A DNA stretch of 64,000 bases from Acutalibacteraceae bacterium (GCA_045647925.1 JAZRMY010000011.1:5151-69150); one strand, 5' to 3'. Positions 11,444 to 23,328 are shown, counted from the first letter of the stretch. Program-made: numbers and translations. Notes: generated from the sequence alone by a model not told the origin.

Positions 11444-12708
11444 TATTTAAGTACCTCCATTGCTTTTGCGCCAATATCCTTACGGTAAAAAGCATTATCA
11501 AAATGAACAGAATTAACATTTTTATAAGCCTTTTCCAAAGCTTCCTTTAAATTATCTGCAGTATCGGTTACACCAAGAACACGGCCACCTGCAGTTTTTA
11601 ATACACCATTATCTAATTTTGCACCTGCAACATAAACCTTATCTGCAACGCTTTCTTCAATCTTAAGCTCGAAGCCGCTTTCGTATTTTTGCGGGTAACC
11701 GCTTGAAGCCATAACAACACAAGCAGCAGCACCATTCTTGAATTTAACCTCTGTTTTATCAAGTGTACCGTTTGTGGTAGCTTGCATAACTTCTAAAAGG
11801 TCACTTTCAAGTAAGGGGAGAACAACCTGAGTTTCAGGGTCACCAAAACGGCAGTTATATTCAATTACCTTAGGACCGTTTGGTGTGAGCATAAGACCGA
11901 AGTAAAGACAACCCTTAAAGCTTCTGTTTTCACTGTTCATAGCATTGATTGTTGGAATAAAGATTGTTTCCATACATTCCTTTGCAATATCTTCGGTGTA
12001 ATAGGGGTTAGGTGCAACCGTTCCCATACCACCGGTGTTAAGACCCTTATCACCGTCCAAAGCGCGTTTATGGTCCATAGAAGAAACCATAGGAACAACA
12101 GTTTTACCGTCAGTAAAGGAAAGAACCGAAACTTCAGGGCCTGTTAAGAATTCTTCGATAACAACGTTGTTACCGCTATCACCAAAGATTTTATCCTCCA
12201 TCATAGAACGAACTGCATCCTTTGCAGCTTCACGTGTTTCGGCAATAATAACACCCTTACCGAGAGCCAAACCGTCTGCTTTAATTACAGTTGGAATTGG
12301 TGCGGTATCTAAATATTCAAGTGCAGCATCCAAGTCATTAAATACTTCATACTGCGCAGTTGGAATATTGTATTTTTTCATAAGATTTTTTGAAAAAACC
12401 TTACTGCCTTCAATTATAGCCGCCGCTTTATTAGGACCAAAGCAGGGAATACCTGCTTTGGTTAAAGCATCAACAGCGCCCAAAACAAGCGGATCATCAG
12501 GTGCTACTACTGCATAGTCAATACCGTTTTCCTTTGCAAATTCAACCTGTTTTTCAATGTCCTTTGCGCCGATATCAACAAGTGTTGCATCTTTCGCCAT
12601 ACCGCCGTTACCGGGCAAAGCGAAAATTTCGGTTATGTTTTTGTTTTCTTTTAATTTTTTTATGATGGCGTGTTCACGACCGCCACCGCCTACAACCATT
12701 ACTTTCAT
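11443..12708 (-). CDS. purD: Phosphoribosylamine--glycine ligase
   Basis: 421 aa, MKVMVVGGGGREHA N-terminus and ATP-grasp fold. One-nt stop/start overlap with purL. Confidence 0.95.
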   Translation of the reverse strand: MKVMVVGGGGREHAIIKKLKENKNITEIFALPGNGGMAKDATLVDIGAKDIEKQVEFAKENGIDYAVVAPDDPLVLGAVDALTKAGIPCFGPNKAAAIIEGSKVFSKNLMKKYNIPTAQYEVFNDLDAALEYLDTAPIPTVIKADGLALGKGVIIAETREAAKDAVRSMMEDKIFGDSGNNVVIEEFLTGPEVSVLSFTDGKTVVPMVSSMDHKRALDGDKGLNTGGMGTVAPNPYYTEDIAKECMETIFIPTINAMNSENRSFKGCLYFGLMLTPNGPKVIEYNCRFGDPETQVVLPLLESDLLEVMQATTNGTLDKTEVKFKNGAAACVVMASSGYPQKYESGFELKIEESVADKVYVAGAKLDNGVLKTAGGRVLGVTDTADNLKEALEKAYKNVNSVHFDNAFYRKDIGAKAMEVLK

Positions 12709-12719
12709 TTGTTTTCTCC

Positions 12720-13958
12720 TTAGTATATAGGGAACTTTTCACAAAGCTCGGTTACTTCTTTTGAAACTTTATCTTTATTTCCTTCAAAATCGTCAACAAT
12801 TAAGCGAATCCAATGAGCAATTTTTATCATTTCTTCTTCTTTGAAGCCACGAGTTGTAACCGCAGGTGAGCCTAAACGAAGACCGCTTGTAATAAATGGA
12901 CTTTGTGGGTCATTAGGAATTGTGTTTTTATTAGCAGTAATGTGAACTTCATCAAGTCTGTGCTCAAGCTCTTTACCTGTAATTCCTTCTTTAACAAGCT
13001 TTAAAAGCATCAAGTGGTTATCGGTACCGCCGGAAACTATTTCAAAGCCTTCATTAGTAAGTGCATCTGCAAGTGCAGCTGCATTTTTAACAACTTGTTT
13101 TTGATATTCTTTGTATTCATCTGTCAAAGCTTCACCTAAGGCTACGGCTTTTGCGGCAATAATGTGCATTAAAGGACCGCCTTGGGTACCGGGGAATACT
13201 GCTTTATCAATCTTTTTAGCGATTTCTTCGTCGTTAGAAAGAATCATACCGCCACGTGGACCGCGAAGTGTCTTGTGAGTTGTAGTTGTAACAACGTGGG
13301 CGTATGGAACGGGAGAAGGATGAACACCTGCGGCAATTAGACCTGCAATATGTGCCATATCAACCATTAAATAAGCGCTAACCTTATCGGCAATTTCACG
13401 GCAACGAGCAAAATCTATAATTCTTGAATAAGCAGAAGCGCCTACAACAATCAATTTGGGTTGACATTCGGTGGCGATTTTTTCCATTTCGTCATAGTCA
13501 ATCATTTCGGTTTCATCGTTAACACCGTAAGGGACAATGTTAAAATATTTACCCGAAATATTTACGGGTGAACCGTGGGAAAGATGGCCGCCTTGCTGTA
13601 AGTTCATACCCATAACAGTATCACCGGGTTGGAGCAAAGCAAAGAATGTTGCAAGGTTTGCATTAGCGCCACTATGTGGTTGAACATTGGCAAAATTACA
13701 ACCGAATAACTTTTTAGCGCGTTCCCTTGCGATGTCTTCAACAACGTCAACACATTGGCAACCGCCATAATAACGCTTTGTAGGATAGCCTTCTGCATAC
13801 TTATTAGTAAGCACACCGCCCGCAGCTAATAAAACGGCAGGGGAAACGATGTTTTCAGAAGCGATTAATTCGATATTACCGCGTTGTCTTTTGAGTTCAC
13901 TTTCGCAAGCCGCAGCAACTTCGCTGTCAAAATCTTTTAACTGTTCAAAAAAGTTCAT
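12720..13958 (-). CDS. glyA: Serine hydroxymethyltransferase
   Basis: 412 aa with the PLP-lysine region [16 protein letters not shown]. Confidence 0.95.
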   Translation of the reverse strand: MNFFEQLKDFDSEVAAACESELKRQRGNIELIASENIVSPAVLLAAGGVLTNKYAEGYPTKRYYGGCQCVDVVEDIARERAKKLFGCNFANVQPHSGANANLATFFALLQPGDTVMGMNLQQGGHLSHGSPVNISGKYFNIVPYGVNDETEMIDYDEMEKIATECQPKLIVVGASAYSRIIDFARCREIADKVSAYLMVDMAHIAGLIAAGVHPSPVPYAHVVTTTTHKTLRGPRGGMILSNDEEIAKKIDKAVFPGTQGGPLMHIIAAKAVALGEALTDEYKEYQKQVVKNAAALADALTNEGFEIVSGGTDNHLMLLKLVKEGITGKELEHRLDEVHITANKNTIPNDPQSPFITSGLRLGSPAVTTRGFKEEEMIKIAHWIRLIVDDFEGNKDKVSKEVTELCEKFPIY

Positions 13959-13978
13959 TGGAATTCTCCTTGAATTTA

Positions 13979-15163
13979 TTAATGGTGGAATAATCTCATA
14001 CCGGTGAATGCCATTGCGATACCGTATTTATTACAGCAATCAATTACAGCATCATCACGGATAGACCCGCCGGGCTCTGCGATATAAGAAACGCCGCTAC
14101 GATATGCACGTTCAATATTATCGTCAAATGGGAAGAAAGCGTCAGAACCGAGTGCTACGCCCGAAATTGTAGAAAGATATTCTTTAATTTCGTCATCGGT
14201 AAGGGGTTGAGGCTGTGTTTCGAAATATTTCTGCCAGTTACCGTCTGCACAAACATCTTCTTCGTTTCTGTTTATATAACCGTCAATTACATTATCTCTT
14301 GTAGGACGGGCAATATTTGGTAGGAAAGGAAGATTTAATACCTTATCGTGTTGTCTTAAAAACCAAGTATCTGCTTTACTGCCTGCAAGACGGGTACAGT
14401 GAATACGTGACTGTTGACCGGCACCTACACCAATTGCCTGACCGTCAACCGCAAAGCAAACAGAGTTTGATTGAGTATATTTTAATGTAATAAGAGAAAT
14501 TATTAAATCGCGTTTAGCACTATCGGGTAAATTTTTATTTTCGGTTACAAGGTTAGAAAGTAATTCTTCATCAATTTTAAAGTTATTTCTGCCTTGTTCA
14601 AATGTAATACCGTAAACCTGCTTTGTTTCCTGTGGTGCAGGTACAAAATTGGGATCAATTTTAACGATATTGTAGTTACCGTTACGCTTTGATTTTAAGA
14701 TTTCAAGTGCTTCAGGGTCATAATCGGGTGCTATCACACCGTCAGATACCTCGCGCTTAATTAAAAGTGCGGTTGTAACGTCACACTTATCTGAAAGGGC
14801 TACCCAGTCGCCGAATGAACACATACGGTCGGTACCGCGAGCTCTAGCATATGCGCAAGCAAGCAATGAATCATCTAATCCTTCAATATCGTCTACAAAG
14901 CAAGCTTTTTTAAGCTTTTCGGGTAATATTGTGCCAACTGCGGCGCTTGTAGGACTTACGTGCTTAAAAGAAGTAACTGCGGGAAGTCCCAAAGCTTCTT
15001 TTAATTCTTTTACTAACTGCCAAGAGTTAAAAGCATCCAAAAAGTTGATGTAACCCGGTCTGCCGCAAAGAATTTCAATAGGTAATTCGCTACTGTCTGC
15101 CATATAGATTTTTGATGGCTTTTGGTTGGGGTTACAACCGTATTTAAGTTCAAATTCTTTCAT
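13979..15163 (-). CDS. purH: AICAR formyltransferase (PurH-like, formyltransferase domain only, no MGS-type cyclohydrolase domain)
   Basis: 394 aa. The sequence ends ...GMRLFHH like the bifunctional PurH C-terminus, but the N-terminal IMP cyclohydrolase domain is absent. Confidence 0.85.
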   Translation of the reverse strand: MKEFELKYGCNPNQKPSKIYMADSSELPIEILCGRPGYINFLDAFNSWQLVKELKEALGLPAVTSFKHVSPTSAAVGTILPEKLKKACFVDDIEGLDDSLLACAYARARGTDRMCSFGDWVALSDKCDVTTALLIKREVSDGVIAPDYDPEALEILKSKRNGNYNIVKIDPNFVPAPQETKQVYGITFEQGRNNFKIDEELLSNLVTENKNLPDSAKRDLIISLITLKYTQSNSVCFAVDGQAIGVGAGQQSRIHCTRLAGSKADTWFLRQHDKVLNLPFLPNIARPTRDNVIDGYINRNEEDVCADGNWQKYFETQPQPLTDDEIKEYLSTISGVALGSDAFFPFDDNIERAYRSGVSYIAEPGGSIRDDAVIDCCNKYGIAMAFTGMRLFHH

Positions 15164-15174
15164 TTCGTTACTCC

Positions 15175-15891
15175 TTACTTATTTTTATTTACTATTCTTG
15201 ATTCGTAACTGCCGTCAGACAAATTAATATATCTTACAAAAAGGGAAACCTTGTTATCTTCATTAAGATTTTTCCAAATTAAATCGGTAAGAGTATCAAT
15301 ATCAACATCAGGTAATTCAAGTGTTTTCGGTTCACCTTCAAAGCTTGGTAAGGGATTTCCGTCACATTTATAAGTATGAATGAATTTTGCCTTACCTGCA
15401 AGTGGATTGCTGTAAGCGTAAGTGTATCTCTGACATGAAGAACCGTCACCGTCGGCAGATTTGAGAATAGACATAGCGAAATTCATAGCACCATCTTCAA
15501 GACGAATAATACCCGAAATACGAGGTGTGTAATTTGGTGCATCATCTTCAAACTCACGGGTGCGAAGTGACTGTTCAAAGGTCATTTGCTTGTCCATAAG
15601 TGAATATATAGTATCGGTTTGGTCACCGTTTGTAACGATTGTTTTATTACCGAGAACTCTTACAGGTGCATATATAATAAGGTGGGGGTCAGTCATTTTA
15701 GATTCATCAAAGGCTTGAGTTCTAATGCCTTCGCCATCTTCTATAAAGATACGGTTACGGCTATTTTCACTTCTGCCCATAATGAAATAAGCAGTAATTG
15801 CCTTTGTGCTATCAGCACTTTTACCTATAATAATACCTCTGCCATGATATGCCAAAGAATTAAGTTCATTTTCAATAGTCTTAATTTCCAT
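15175..15891 (-). CDS. purO: IMP cyclohydrolase, archaeal PurO type
   Basis: 238 aa. Blocks GRGIIIG...AYFIMGRSENSRNR, VTNGDQTD and YTPRISG resemble the PurO family as I remember it. It sits directly next to the formyltransferase-only purH. Confidence 0.7.
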   Translation of the reverse strand: MEIKTIENELNSLAYHGRGIIIGKSADSTKAITAYFIMGRSENSRNRIFIEDGEGIRTQAFDESKMTDPHLIIYAPVRVLGNKTIVTNGDQTDTIYSLMDKQMTFEQSLRTREFEDDAPNYTPRISGIIRLEDGAMNFAMSILKSADGDGSSCQRYTYAYSNPLAGKAKFIHTYKCDGNPLPSFEGEPKTLELPDVDIDTLTDLIWKNLNEDNKVSLFVRYINLSDGSYESRIVNKNK

Positions 15892-15908
15892 TTTAAGTTC
15901 TCCTTTTG

Positions 15909-16508
15909 TTATTTAAGATTAAGCTCGTTACAAACCTTTTCAACTGCCTGCGGTAAAATTATCCACTCGGCATTTTCCATAACACGCTTTTGCAATGTTT
16001 CGGGTGTGTCATCATCATTAATTTCTACCGCTTTTTGCATAATGATTTTGCCACCGTCAGGTATTTCGTTTACAAAATGCACAGTAGCACCCGTAACCTT
16101 AACACCGTATTCTAACGCGGCTTCGTGAACGTGAAGTCCGTAAAAACCTTTTCCGCAGAAAGAGGGAATAAGTGACGGATGAACATTAATAATTCTGTTT
16201 GCAAAATATGTAGTAAACTTTTCGCTTAAAATACACATAAATCCTGCAAGGACGATTATATCGATATTATTTTTATCTAAAATATCAATTAATGTATCTT
16301 CAAAAGCGTTACCCAATTCTTTTTTATTGCAAACGCAAGTAGAAATATCTGCATTTTCGGCTCTTTTTAAAGCGAAAGCATCGGGATTATTTGAAATAAC
16401 CAATTTAATTTCGCCTGATTTAATAATGCCGCAATTCACGGCATCAATAAGTGCTTGTAAGTTAGTTCCGCCGCCCGAAACCAAAACGGCTATGTTAGTC
16501 TTTTTCAT
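15909..16508 (-). CDS. purN: Phosphoribosylglycinamide formyltransferase
   Basis: 199 aa, with VLVSGGGTNLQA and NVHPSLIP motifs. Confidence 0.9.
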   Translation of the reverse strand: MKKTNIAVLVSGGGTNLQALIDAVNCGIIKSGEIKLVISNNPDAFALKRAENADISTCVCNKKELGNAFEDTLIDILDKNNIDIIVLAGFMCILSEKFTTYFANRIINVHPSLIPSFCGKGFYGLHVHEAALEYGVKVTGATVHFVNEIPDGGKIIMQKAVEINDDDTPETLQKRVMENAEWIILPQAVEKVCNELNLK

Positions 16509-16516
16509 AATACACC

Positions 16517-17554
16517 TTAAATAATTGTGATTTTATTATCAGATTTAACGATTTTACCTATAATATAAGCGTCTTCGCCGTTTGCTTTTAAGATTTCTAA
16601 TGCTTTGTCAGCATCTTCTTTAGCTACAACAATGCTCATACCAACGCCCATATTATATGTATTGTACATATCTCTTTCGGGAATATTACCTGTTTTTTGA
16701 AGTAAATCAAAAATAGGTAATACACGGATAGAGGATTTAACAATTTCAGCGCCAAAGCCGTCGGGAATGCTTCTTGGAATATTTTCATAGAAGCCGCCGC
16801 CTGTGATATGAGAAATTGCACGTACCTTTACGTTATCTAAAAGTGCAAGAACGGGTTTTACGTAAATTCTTGTAGGTGTAAGTAAGGTTTCACCTAAGGA
16901 TTTACCGCCAAGTTCATCATAAGTTTTGTTAAGGTCACAGTTTTCAACGTCAAAAACTTTACGAACAAGTGAAAAACCGTTTGAATGAACACCCGAAGAG
17001 GGAAGAGCGATAACAACGTCGTCCTCTTGCATAGTTGTATTATCAAGAACTTTTTTCTTATCAACAATACCAACAGCAAAGCCTGCAAGGTCGTAATCGT
17101 CAATTGGCATCATACCTGGGTGTTCTGCAGTTTCGCCGCCGATTAATGCAGCGCCTGACTGTACACAGCCTTCAGCAACACCGCCAACGATTTCTGCAAT
17201 TTTTTCAGGAATATTTTTGCCGCATGCAATATAGTCGAGGAAGAATAAAGGTTTTGCGCCAACGCAAATAATATCATTAACGCACATTGCAACAGCGTCA
17301 ATACCAATAGTGTCATGCTTATCCATTAAAATTGCAAGCTTAACCTTAGTACCGCAACCGTCAGTACCACTTACAAGAACAGGTTCTTCCATACCAAGCG
17401 GTAAGCCGAAGCAACCGCCGAAGCCACCTACGTCATCAAGGCAGCCTTCGTTCTTGGTTCTTGCAATATGCTTTTTCATAAGTTCAACCGCTTTGTAGCC
17501 TGCGGTAATATCAACGCCTGCATCAGCGTAGGATTTAGATTGTGAATTATTCAT
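16517..17554 (-). CDS. purM: Phosphoribosylformylglycinamidine cyclo-ligase (AIR synthetase)
   Basis: AIRS family (YADAGVDI, DGCGTK). I chose the ATG at 17554 because it avoids overlapping purF; the ORF-track start at 17605 runs into purF. Confidence 0.9.
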   Translation of the reverse strand: MNNSQSKSYADAGVDITAGYKAVELMKKHIARTKNEGCLDDVGGFGGCFGLPLGMEEPVLVSGTDGCGTKVKLAILMDKHDTIGIDAVAMCVNDIICVGAKPLFFLDYIACGKNIPEKIAEIVGGVAEGCVQSGAALIGGETAEHPGMMPIDDYDLAGFAVGIVDKKKVLDNTTMQEDDVVIALPSSGVHSNGFSLVRKVFDVENCDLNKTYDELGGKSLGETLLTPTRIYVKPVLALLDNVKVRAISHITGGGFYENIPRSIPDGFGAEIVKSSIRVLPIFDLLQKTGNIPERDMYNTYNMGVGMSIVVAKEDADKALEILKANGEDAYIIGKIVKSDNKITII

Positions 17555-17558
17555 TTTA

Positions 17559-18983
17559 TTATTCCTTTCCGTTCCAACAATATGTGCAAAGTTTATCTTC
17601 ATCAATGCCGATTGCTTTTACAATTCCTTCTAATGACTGGAATTCCAAAGAGGCAAAATTGAATTTTTCTGCAATAGTCTGTCGTAGTTTTTTACCGCGT
17701 TCGGTAGAGGAGTCGCTATATTCTGCGATATATTTAAATCCTTCTTCGCCTTCAAGTTCTAATATAATTCTACGCGCAATAAGGTCGTAGTCACTTGTAT
17801 TGCGAGAAAAGTTTAAATATTTACAGCTATACATAATAGGAGGACAAGCAGAACGCATATGAACCGATTTAGCCCCGTTATTGTAAAGAAAATCTACTGT
17901 TTCTTTAAGTTGAGTACCACGAACTATTGAATCATCAACAAAAAGTAAATTTTTATCTACAATAAGGTCGTGCACTGGGATTTGCTTCATTTTTGCAACT
18001 TTTCTACGTTCATTCTGTTTTTGCGGCGTAAAGCTTCTTGCCCAGGTTGGTGTATATTTAATGAAAGCACGTGCAAACGGGATTTTACTTTCGTTTGCGT
18101 AACCGATAGCGTGAGGTGTACCGGAATCGGGAACACCACCAACGTAATCAACGTCATTGGCAATGCCGGTTTCCTTATCGTGCTGCGCCATAATCTGACC
18201 GTTACGGTAACGCATTATTTCTACGTTAACACCCTCGTAGCAAGAGGTTGGATAACCGTAATAACTCCAAAGAAAAGCACAGATTTTAGTCTCTTTTCCG
18301 GGTTGAACGAGTTGAGTGCATGAATCATGTGTGAGTTCAACAACTTCTCCCGGTCCTAATTCCTTGTAATCCTCATAACCTAATTTAAGATATGAGAATG
18401 ATTCAAAAGCAACACAGTAGCCATCATCGTTTTTACCGATATGAATAGGCAATCTGCCAACCTTGTCACGTGCAGCTATTAAATGACCTTCGTCAGTAAG
18501 TATTAATATTGAAGCACTGCCTTTAATAACGCTTTGAACAAATTTAATGCCTTCGGCAAAACTGTCCTTCTGGTCGATTAGTGCAGAAATCAATTCAATA
18601 TAATTAACCTTACCGCCGGTCATAGCGTTAAAATGAATACCGTTATTTATAAGATGCTCTTCAATAAGCTCTTCGGCATTTTCAATAGCACCTATAAACG
18701 ATATTGCATAAGTTCCGATTTTTGAGCGCATAAGCAAGGGTTGTGGGTCATAATCACTAATACAACCGATTGCACTGTTACCGTACATTTCGTCGAAAAC
18801 TTTTTCGAACTTAGTACGGAAAGGGGAATTCTGAATATTATGAATATCCCTTTGTAAACCGATTTCTTTATCGTATGCCGCAATACCTGCTCTGCGCGTA
18901 CCTAAATGCGAGTGATAGTCAGTACCGAAAAACACATCAGAAATAGCATCATTTTTACTGACTACGCCAAAAAAACCACCCAT
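17559..18983 (-). CDS. purF: Amidophosphoribosyltransferase
   Basis: 474 aa, with an N-terminal Ntn-type amidotransferase domain and the PRTase motif LLFVDDSIVRGT. Confidence 0.9.
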   Translation of the reverse strand: MGGFFGVVSKNDAISDVFFGTDYHSHLGTRRAGIAAYDKEIGLQRDIHNIQNSPFRTKFEKVFDEMYGNSAIGCISDYDPQPLLMRSKIGTYAISFIGAIENAEELIEEHLINNGIHFNAMTGGKVNYIELISALIDQKDSFAEGIKFVQSVIKGSASILILTDEGHLIAARDKVGRLPIHIGKNDDGYCVAFESFSYLKLGYEDYKELGPGEVVELTHDSCTQLVQPGKETKICAFLWSYYGYPTSCYEGVNVEIMRYRNGQIMAQHDKETGIANDVDYVGGVPDSGTPHAIGYANESKIPFARAFIKYTPTWARSFTPQKQNERRKVAKMKQIPVHDLIVDKNLLFVDDSIVRGTQLKETVDFLYNNGAKSVHMRSACPPIMYSCKYLNFSRNTSDYDLIARRIILELEGEEGFKYIAEYSDSSTERGKKLRQTIAEKFNFASLEFQSLEGIVKAIGIDEDKLCTYCWNGKE

Positions 18984-19116
18984 TATTTACTCCTTATCAA
19001 AGATTTGTTGCCGAAACAGCAATTTAATTTACTGTTGCGACTAACTATAAACATTATTAGCCAAAAAACACCGAAAACCCGCCGATTAAGGCCGGTTTTG
19101 GTTTAAATACTTTGGC

Positions 19117-19803
19117 TTATGCAAAAAACAATTTAGAAAGTGTCATCGGATCGATATATTCGCCGTCTTTATAAACACGCATATTACCTGAAGCGATTTC
19201 GTCAATAAGCATAACATTGCCTTCAGGGTCATATCCGAATTCAAACTTAATGTCATAAAGGTCAAGACCTTTTTCTTTAAGGTCATCTGCAACGATTTTG
19301 GTAATCTGTTGAGTCATTGTTTTAATATCATCGTATTGCTTGTCTGTCATAACACCAAGTGCTACTAAAGCGTCCTTAATTACAAGCGGGTCGCCCTTAG
19401 CATCGTTTTTAAATGTCATTTCAACATAAGCGGGAAGGTCTGCGCCTTCTTCAATGTAGTCACCGTAACGGCGGATAAAGCTACCAACTGCTTTATAACG
19501 GCAGATAACCTCAAGACCGTGACCGAAAACTTTAGCAGGAAGAACTTCCATAGTAGTATCGTTAAGGTCAGCGCTTACGTAGTGTGTCTTAATGCCTGCT
19601 GCATTAATTTTTTCAAAGAAATAAATAGACATACGAAGGTTAACGTCGCCAACGCCTTCAATTGTAAGACCAACAGAGTTTTCGCCCGGATCAAACACGC
19701 CGTCTTTACCGGTACAATCGTCCTTAAATTTTAAAAGGCAATTTCCGTTTTCAAGTGCAAATACGTCTTTTGTTTTACCTGTGTAGATAAGTTTCTTTTC
19801 CAT
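19117..19803 (-). CDS. purC: Phosphoribosylaminoimidazole-succinocarboxamide synthase
   Basis: 228 aa with SAICAR synthase family similarity (YTGKTKDV...). Confidence 0.9.
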   Translation of the reverse strand: MEKKLIYTGKTKDVFALENGNCLLKFKDDCTGKDGVFDPGENSVGLTIEGVGDVNLRMSIYFFEKINAAGIKTHYVSADLNDTTMEVLPAKVFGHGLEVICRYKAVGSFIRRYGDYIEEGADLPAYVEMTFKNDAKGDPLVIKDALVALGVMTDKQYDDIKTMTQQITKIVADDLKEKGLDLYDIKFEFGYDPEGNVMLIDEIASGNMRVYKDGEYIDPMTLSKLFFA

Positions 19804-19817
19804 AATAAAATCCTCCG

Positions 19818-20309
19818 TTAATTAAACTGTGCTTCAATAGCATTATTTTTTTCTAAAACCTTTTGTGCGTCTGCTTTACGCTTAGCGTCAAGGCGGTTTG
19901 CTAAATTAGTATCTTCCACTGCAAGTATTTGTATACATAACAAAGCGGCATTAACTGCACCGTCAATAGCAACAGTAGCAACAGGAATACCGGAAGGCAT
20001 CTGTACTGTTGAAAGTAATGCGTCAATCCCGTTTAAGTGGCCAGATTTGATTGGAATGCCTATAACAGGCAAGGTTGTGTTTGCTGCAATAGCACCCGCT
20101 AAGTGCGCCGCCATACCTGCTGCGGCAATAATAGCACCAAAACCGTTTTCACGAGCGTTCACACTGAACTCTTTTGCTTCTACGGGAGTTCTGTGTGCAG
20201 AAAAAACATGAACCTCGTACGGAACATCAAAAGACTTTAAAGTATCAACTGCTTTTTGTACGGTTGGCAAATCGCTATCGCTTCCCATAATAATACCGAT
20301 TTTTTTCAT
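19818..20309 (-). CDS. purE: 5-(carboxyamino)imidazole ribonucleotide mutase / AIR carboxylase catalytic subunit
   Basis: [14 protein letters not shown] and AHRTP motifs. The ATG at 20309 is preceded by GGAGG; the TTG at 20324 in the ORF track lies inside that RBS. Confidence 0.9.
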   Translation of the reverse strand: MKKIGIIMGSDSDLPTVQKAVDTLKSFDVPYEVHVFSAHRTPVEAKEFSVNARENGFGAIIAAAGMAAHLAGAIAANTTLPVIGIPIKSGHLNGIDALLSTVQMPSGIPVATVAIDGAVNAALLCIQILAVEDTNLANRLDAKRKADAQKVLEKNNAIEAQFN

Positions 20310-20322
20310 AAATAAAACCTCC

Positions 20323-20450
20323 AAAAAAATAAGGGCGCACTTAATCCGTAAAGAATCAAGAGCGCCCAGACGGTCGGCAAAAATGTTCCCTGATTCATGT
20401 GGTGCTCCACTCAGTGAAAATTCACTTTTCCGTCAGTAACAGAGAACATT
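20323..20450 (-). promoter_or_regulatory. ZTP (pfl motif) riboswitch with intrinsic terminator; leader of the pur operon
   Basis: The minus-strand RNA reads ACUGACGG-(hairpin AGUGA/UCACU)-GUGGAGC ... CCGACCGUCUGGGCG. This parallels the pfl consensus GACUGGCG ... GGGGAGC ... CCGCCUGGGC. GACGG can pair with CCGUC as the pseudoknot. The GGGCGC...GCGCCC stem plus U-run forms an overlapping terminator. Confidence 0.7.
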
Positions 20451-20453
20451 GAA

Positions 20454-20482
20454 ATTATATCATAGCGCGAATATTTTGTCAA
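20454..20482 (-). promoter_or_regulatory. Sigma-A type promoter of the pur operon
   Basis: TTGACA-17 nt-TATAAT on the minus strand. Confidence 0.7.
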
Positions 20483-20566
20483 TAAATCAAATATAAATTT
20501 ATATAATATATTTTAAGAAATTTTTGTGCAAATTTTAAGATATTCATTAAAATGTTGCCAAAAAAC

Positions 20567-20594
20567 TTGACATTTATTTTTTTCTGCTTAAAAT
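20567..20594 (+). promoter_or_regulatory. Sigma-A type promoter of groES-groEL
   Basis: TTGACA-16 nt-TAAAAT, about 35 nt upstream of the groES RBS. Confidence 0.55.
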
Positions 20595-20628
20595 ATCAAT
20601 TATAAATAGTTAATTGGAGGTATTTTTT

Positions 20629-22561
<1,933 letters not shown>

Positions 22562-22574
22562 TATTTCCAAATTT

Positions 22575-22607
22575 AAAAACCGAGTTCATTTGAACTCGGT
22601 TTTTGTT
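22575..22607. terminator. Intrinsic terminator shared by groEL and the convergent small gene
   Basis: CCGAGTTCA-TT-TGAACTCGG stem flanked by A and T runs. Confidence 0.8.
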
Positions 22608-22781
22608 TTATTTGTCAGATATCGGGGTTACAATCGGTTTGCCCGAAGCGTCTAAAAGAACAGTAAGACCGCCTGAATAACCTGCATTGTGGTATAAATA
22701 ATTAACACCTGTATGTTTATCAACCCAAATTTCATTACCGCCACGCGAATATGTTTTTATAAATCTTTTTTCCTTTGCCAT
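22608..22781 (-). CDS. Small protein (57 aa), DUF6440-like; below the ORF-track length cutoff
   Basis: My own translation: MAKEKRFIKTYSRGGNEIWVDKHTGVNYLYHNAGYSGGLTVLLDASGKPIVTPISDK. GGAG RBS 8 nt upstream. The VDKxTGVNYL...GGLTxLLDxxGKP pattern matches my memory of DUF6440 proteins. It lies 13 nt downstream of folT. Confidence 0.6.
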   Translation of the reverse strand: MAKEKRFIKTYSRGGNEIWVDKHTGVNYLYHNAGYSGGLTVLLDASGKPIVTPISDK

Positions 22782-22794
22782 AATATCAACTCCA

Positions 22795-23325
22795 TTAATT
22801 AGGTAAATTTTTTGAAATTAAGTGATTAAATTTACTCTTTTTGGTAAATAAAAGACTTATTACCAAAATTTCAATAACCGTCATTAAAGCAACAAAGGGA
22901 ATACGGCCTACTAAAACAACCCAAAATGCCGCAATTCCACCACGGTAAAGTACCGAAATAAATACTGTATTTAGCGCTAAGGAACAAACAAGCTTATTAA
23001 TTATAACAGCTATTGAAATACGTAATACAGTTGCTTTTTTATAAAGAAAAATACCAAGACAAAGACCAACAAGCATATTTGTAATTGTATAACCAACAAA
23101 ATAAGGTCCAAAAGGTTTAATTAAAGCGCCTAGCAAATCACCAAAACCGCCAACAGCAATAGCATAGGGTATTCCTAAGTAACAGGCCGCAAATGCAACC
23201 GCAACAAAGCCAAAACTAATGCTGTTGTTCCATACAGAATAGGTTGGAACAAAGCGTTCTAAAATAATGTTGATTGCAATTAAAAGCGCCGTTAAAATAA
23301 TTTTAAATAGTTTGTTTTTTCTCAT
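22795..23325 (-). CDS. folT: Folate-family ECF transporter S component (FolT-like)
   Basis: 176 aa integral membrane protein with FolT-like sequence, preceded by a THF riboswitch. Confidence 0.8.
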   Translation of the reverse strand: MRKNKLFKIILTALLIAINIILERFVPTYSVWNNSISFGFVAVAFAACYLGIPYAIAVGGFGDLLGALIKPFGPYFVGYTITNMLVGLCLGIFLYKKATVLRISIAVIINKLVCSLALNTVFISVLYRGGIAAFWVVLVGRIPFVALMTVIEILVISLLFTKKSKFNHLISKNLPN

Positions 23326-23328
23326 AAA

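Noticed and set aside
12035-12517. 160-aa plus-strand ORF, plus many similar 60-150-aa ORFs antisense to purL, purD, purM, groEL, the P-type ATPase, hisD, lon and others
   Set aside because: Each lies entirely inside and antisense to a strongly conserved gene. They are rich in Ser/Pro/Leu/Ile as expected from antisense codon bias, and they lack RBSs.
20323-20450. Guanine/purine riboswitch expected in front of a Firmicute pur operon
   Set aside because: The leader lacks the purine-aptamer three-way junction blocks. It matches the ZTP/pfl pattern instead (ACUG.CGG, GGAGC, CCG.CUGGGC).
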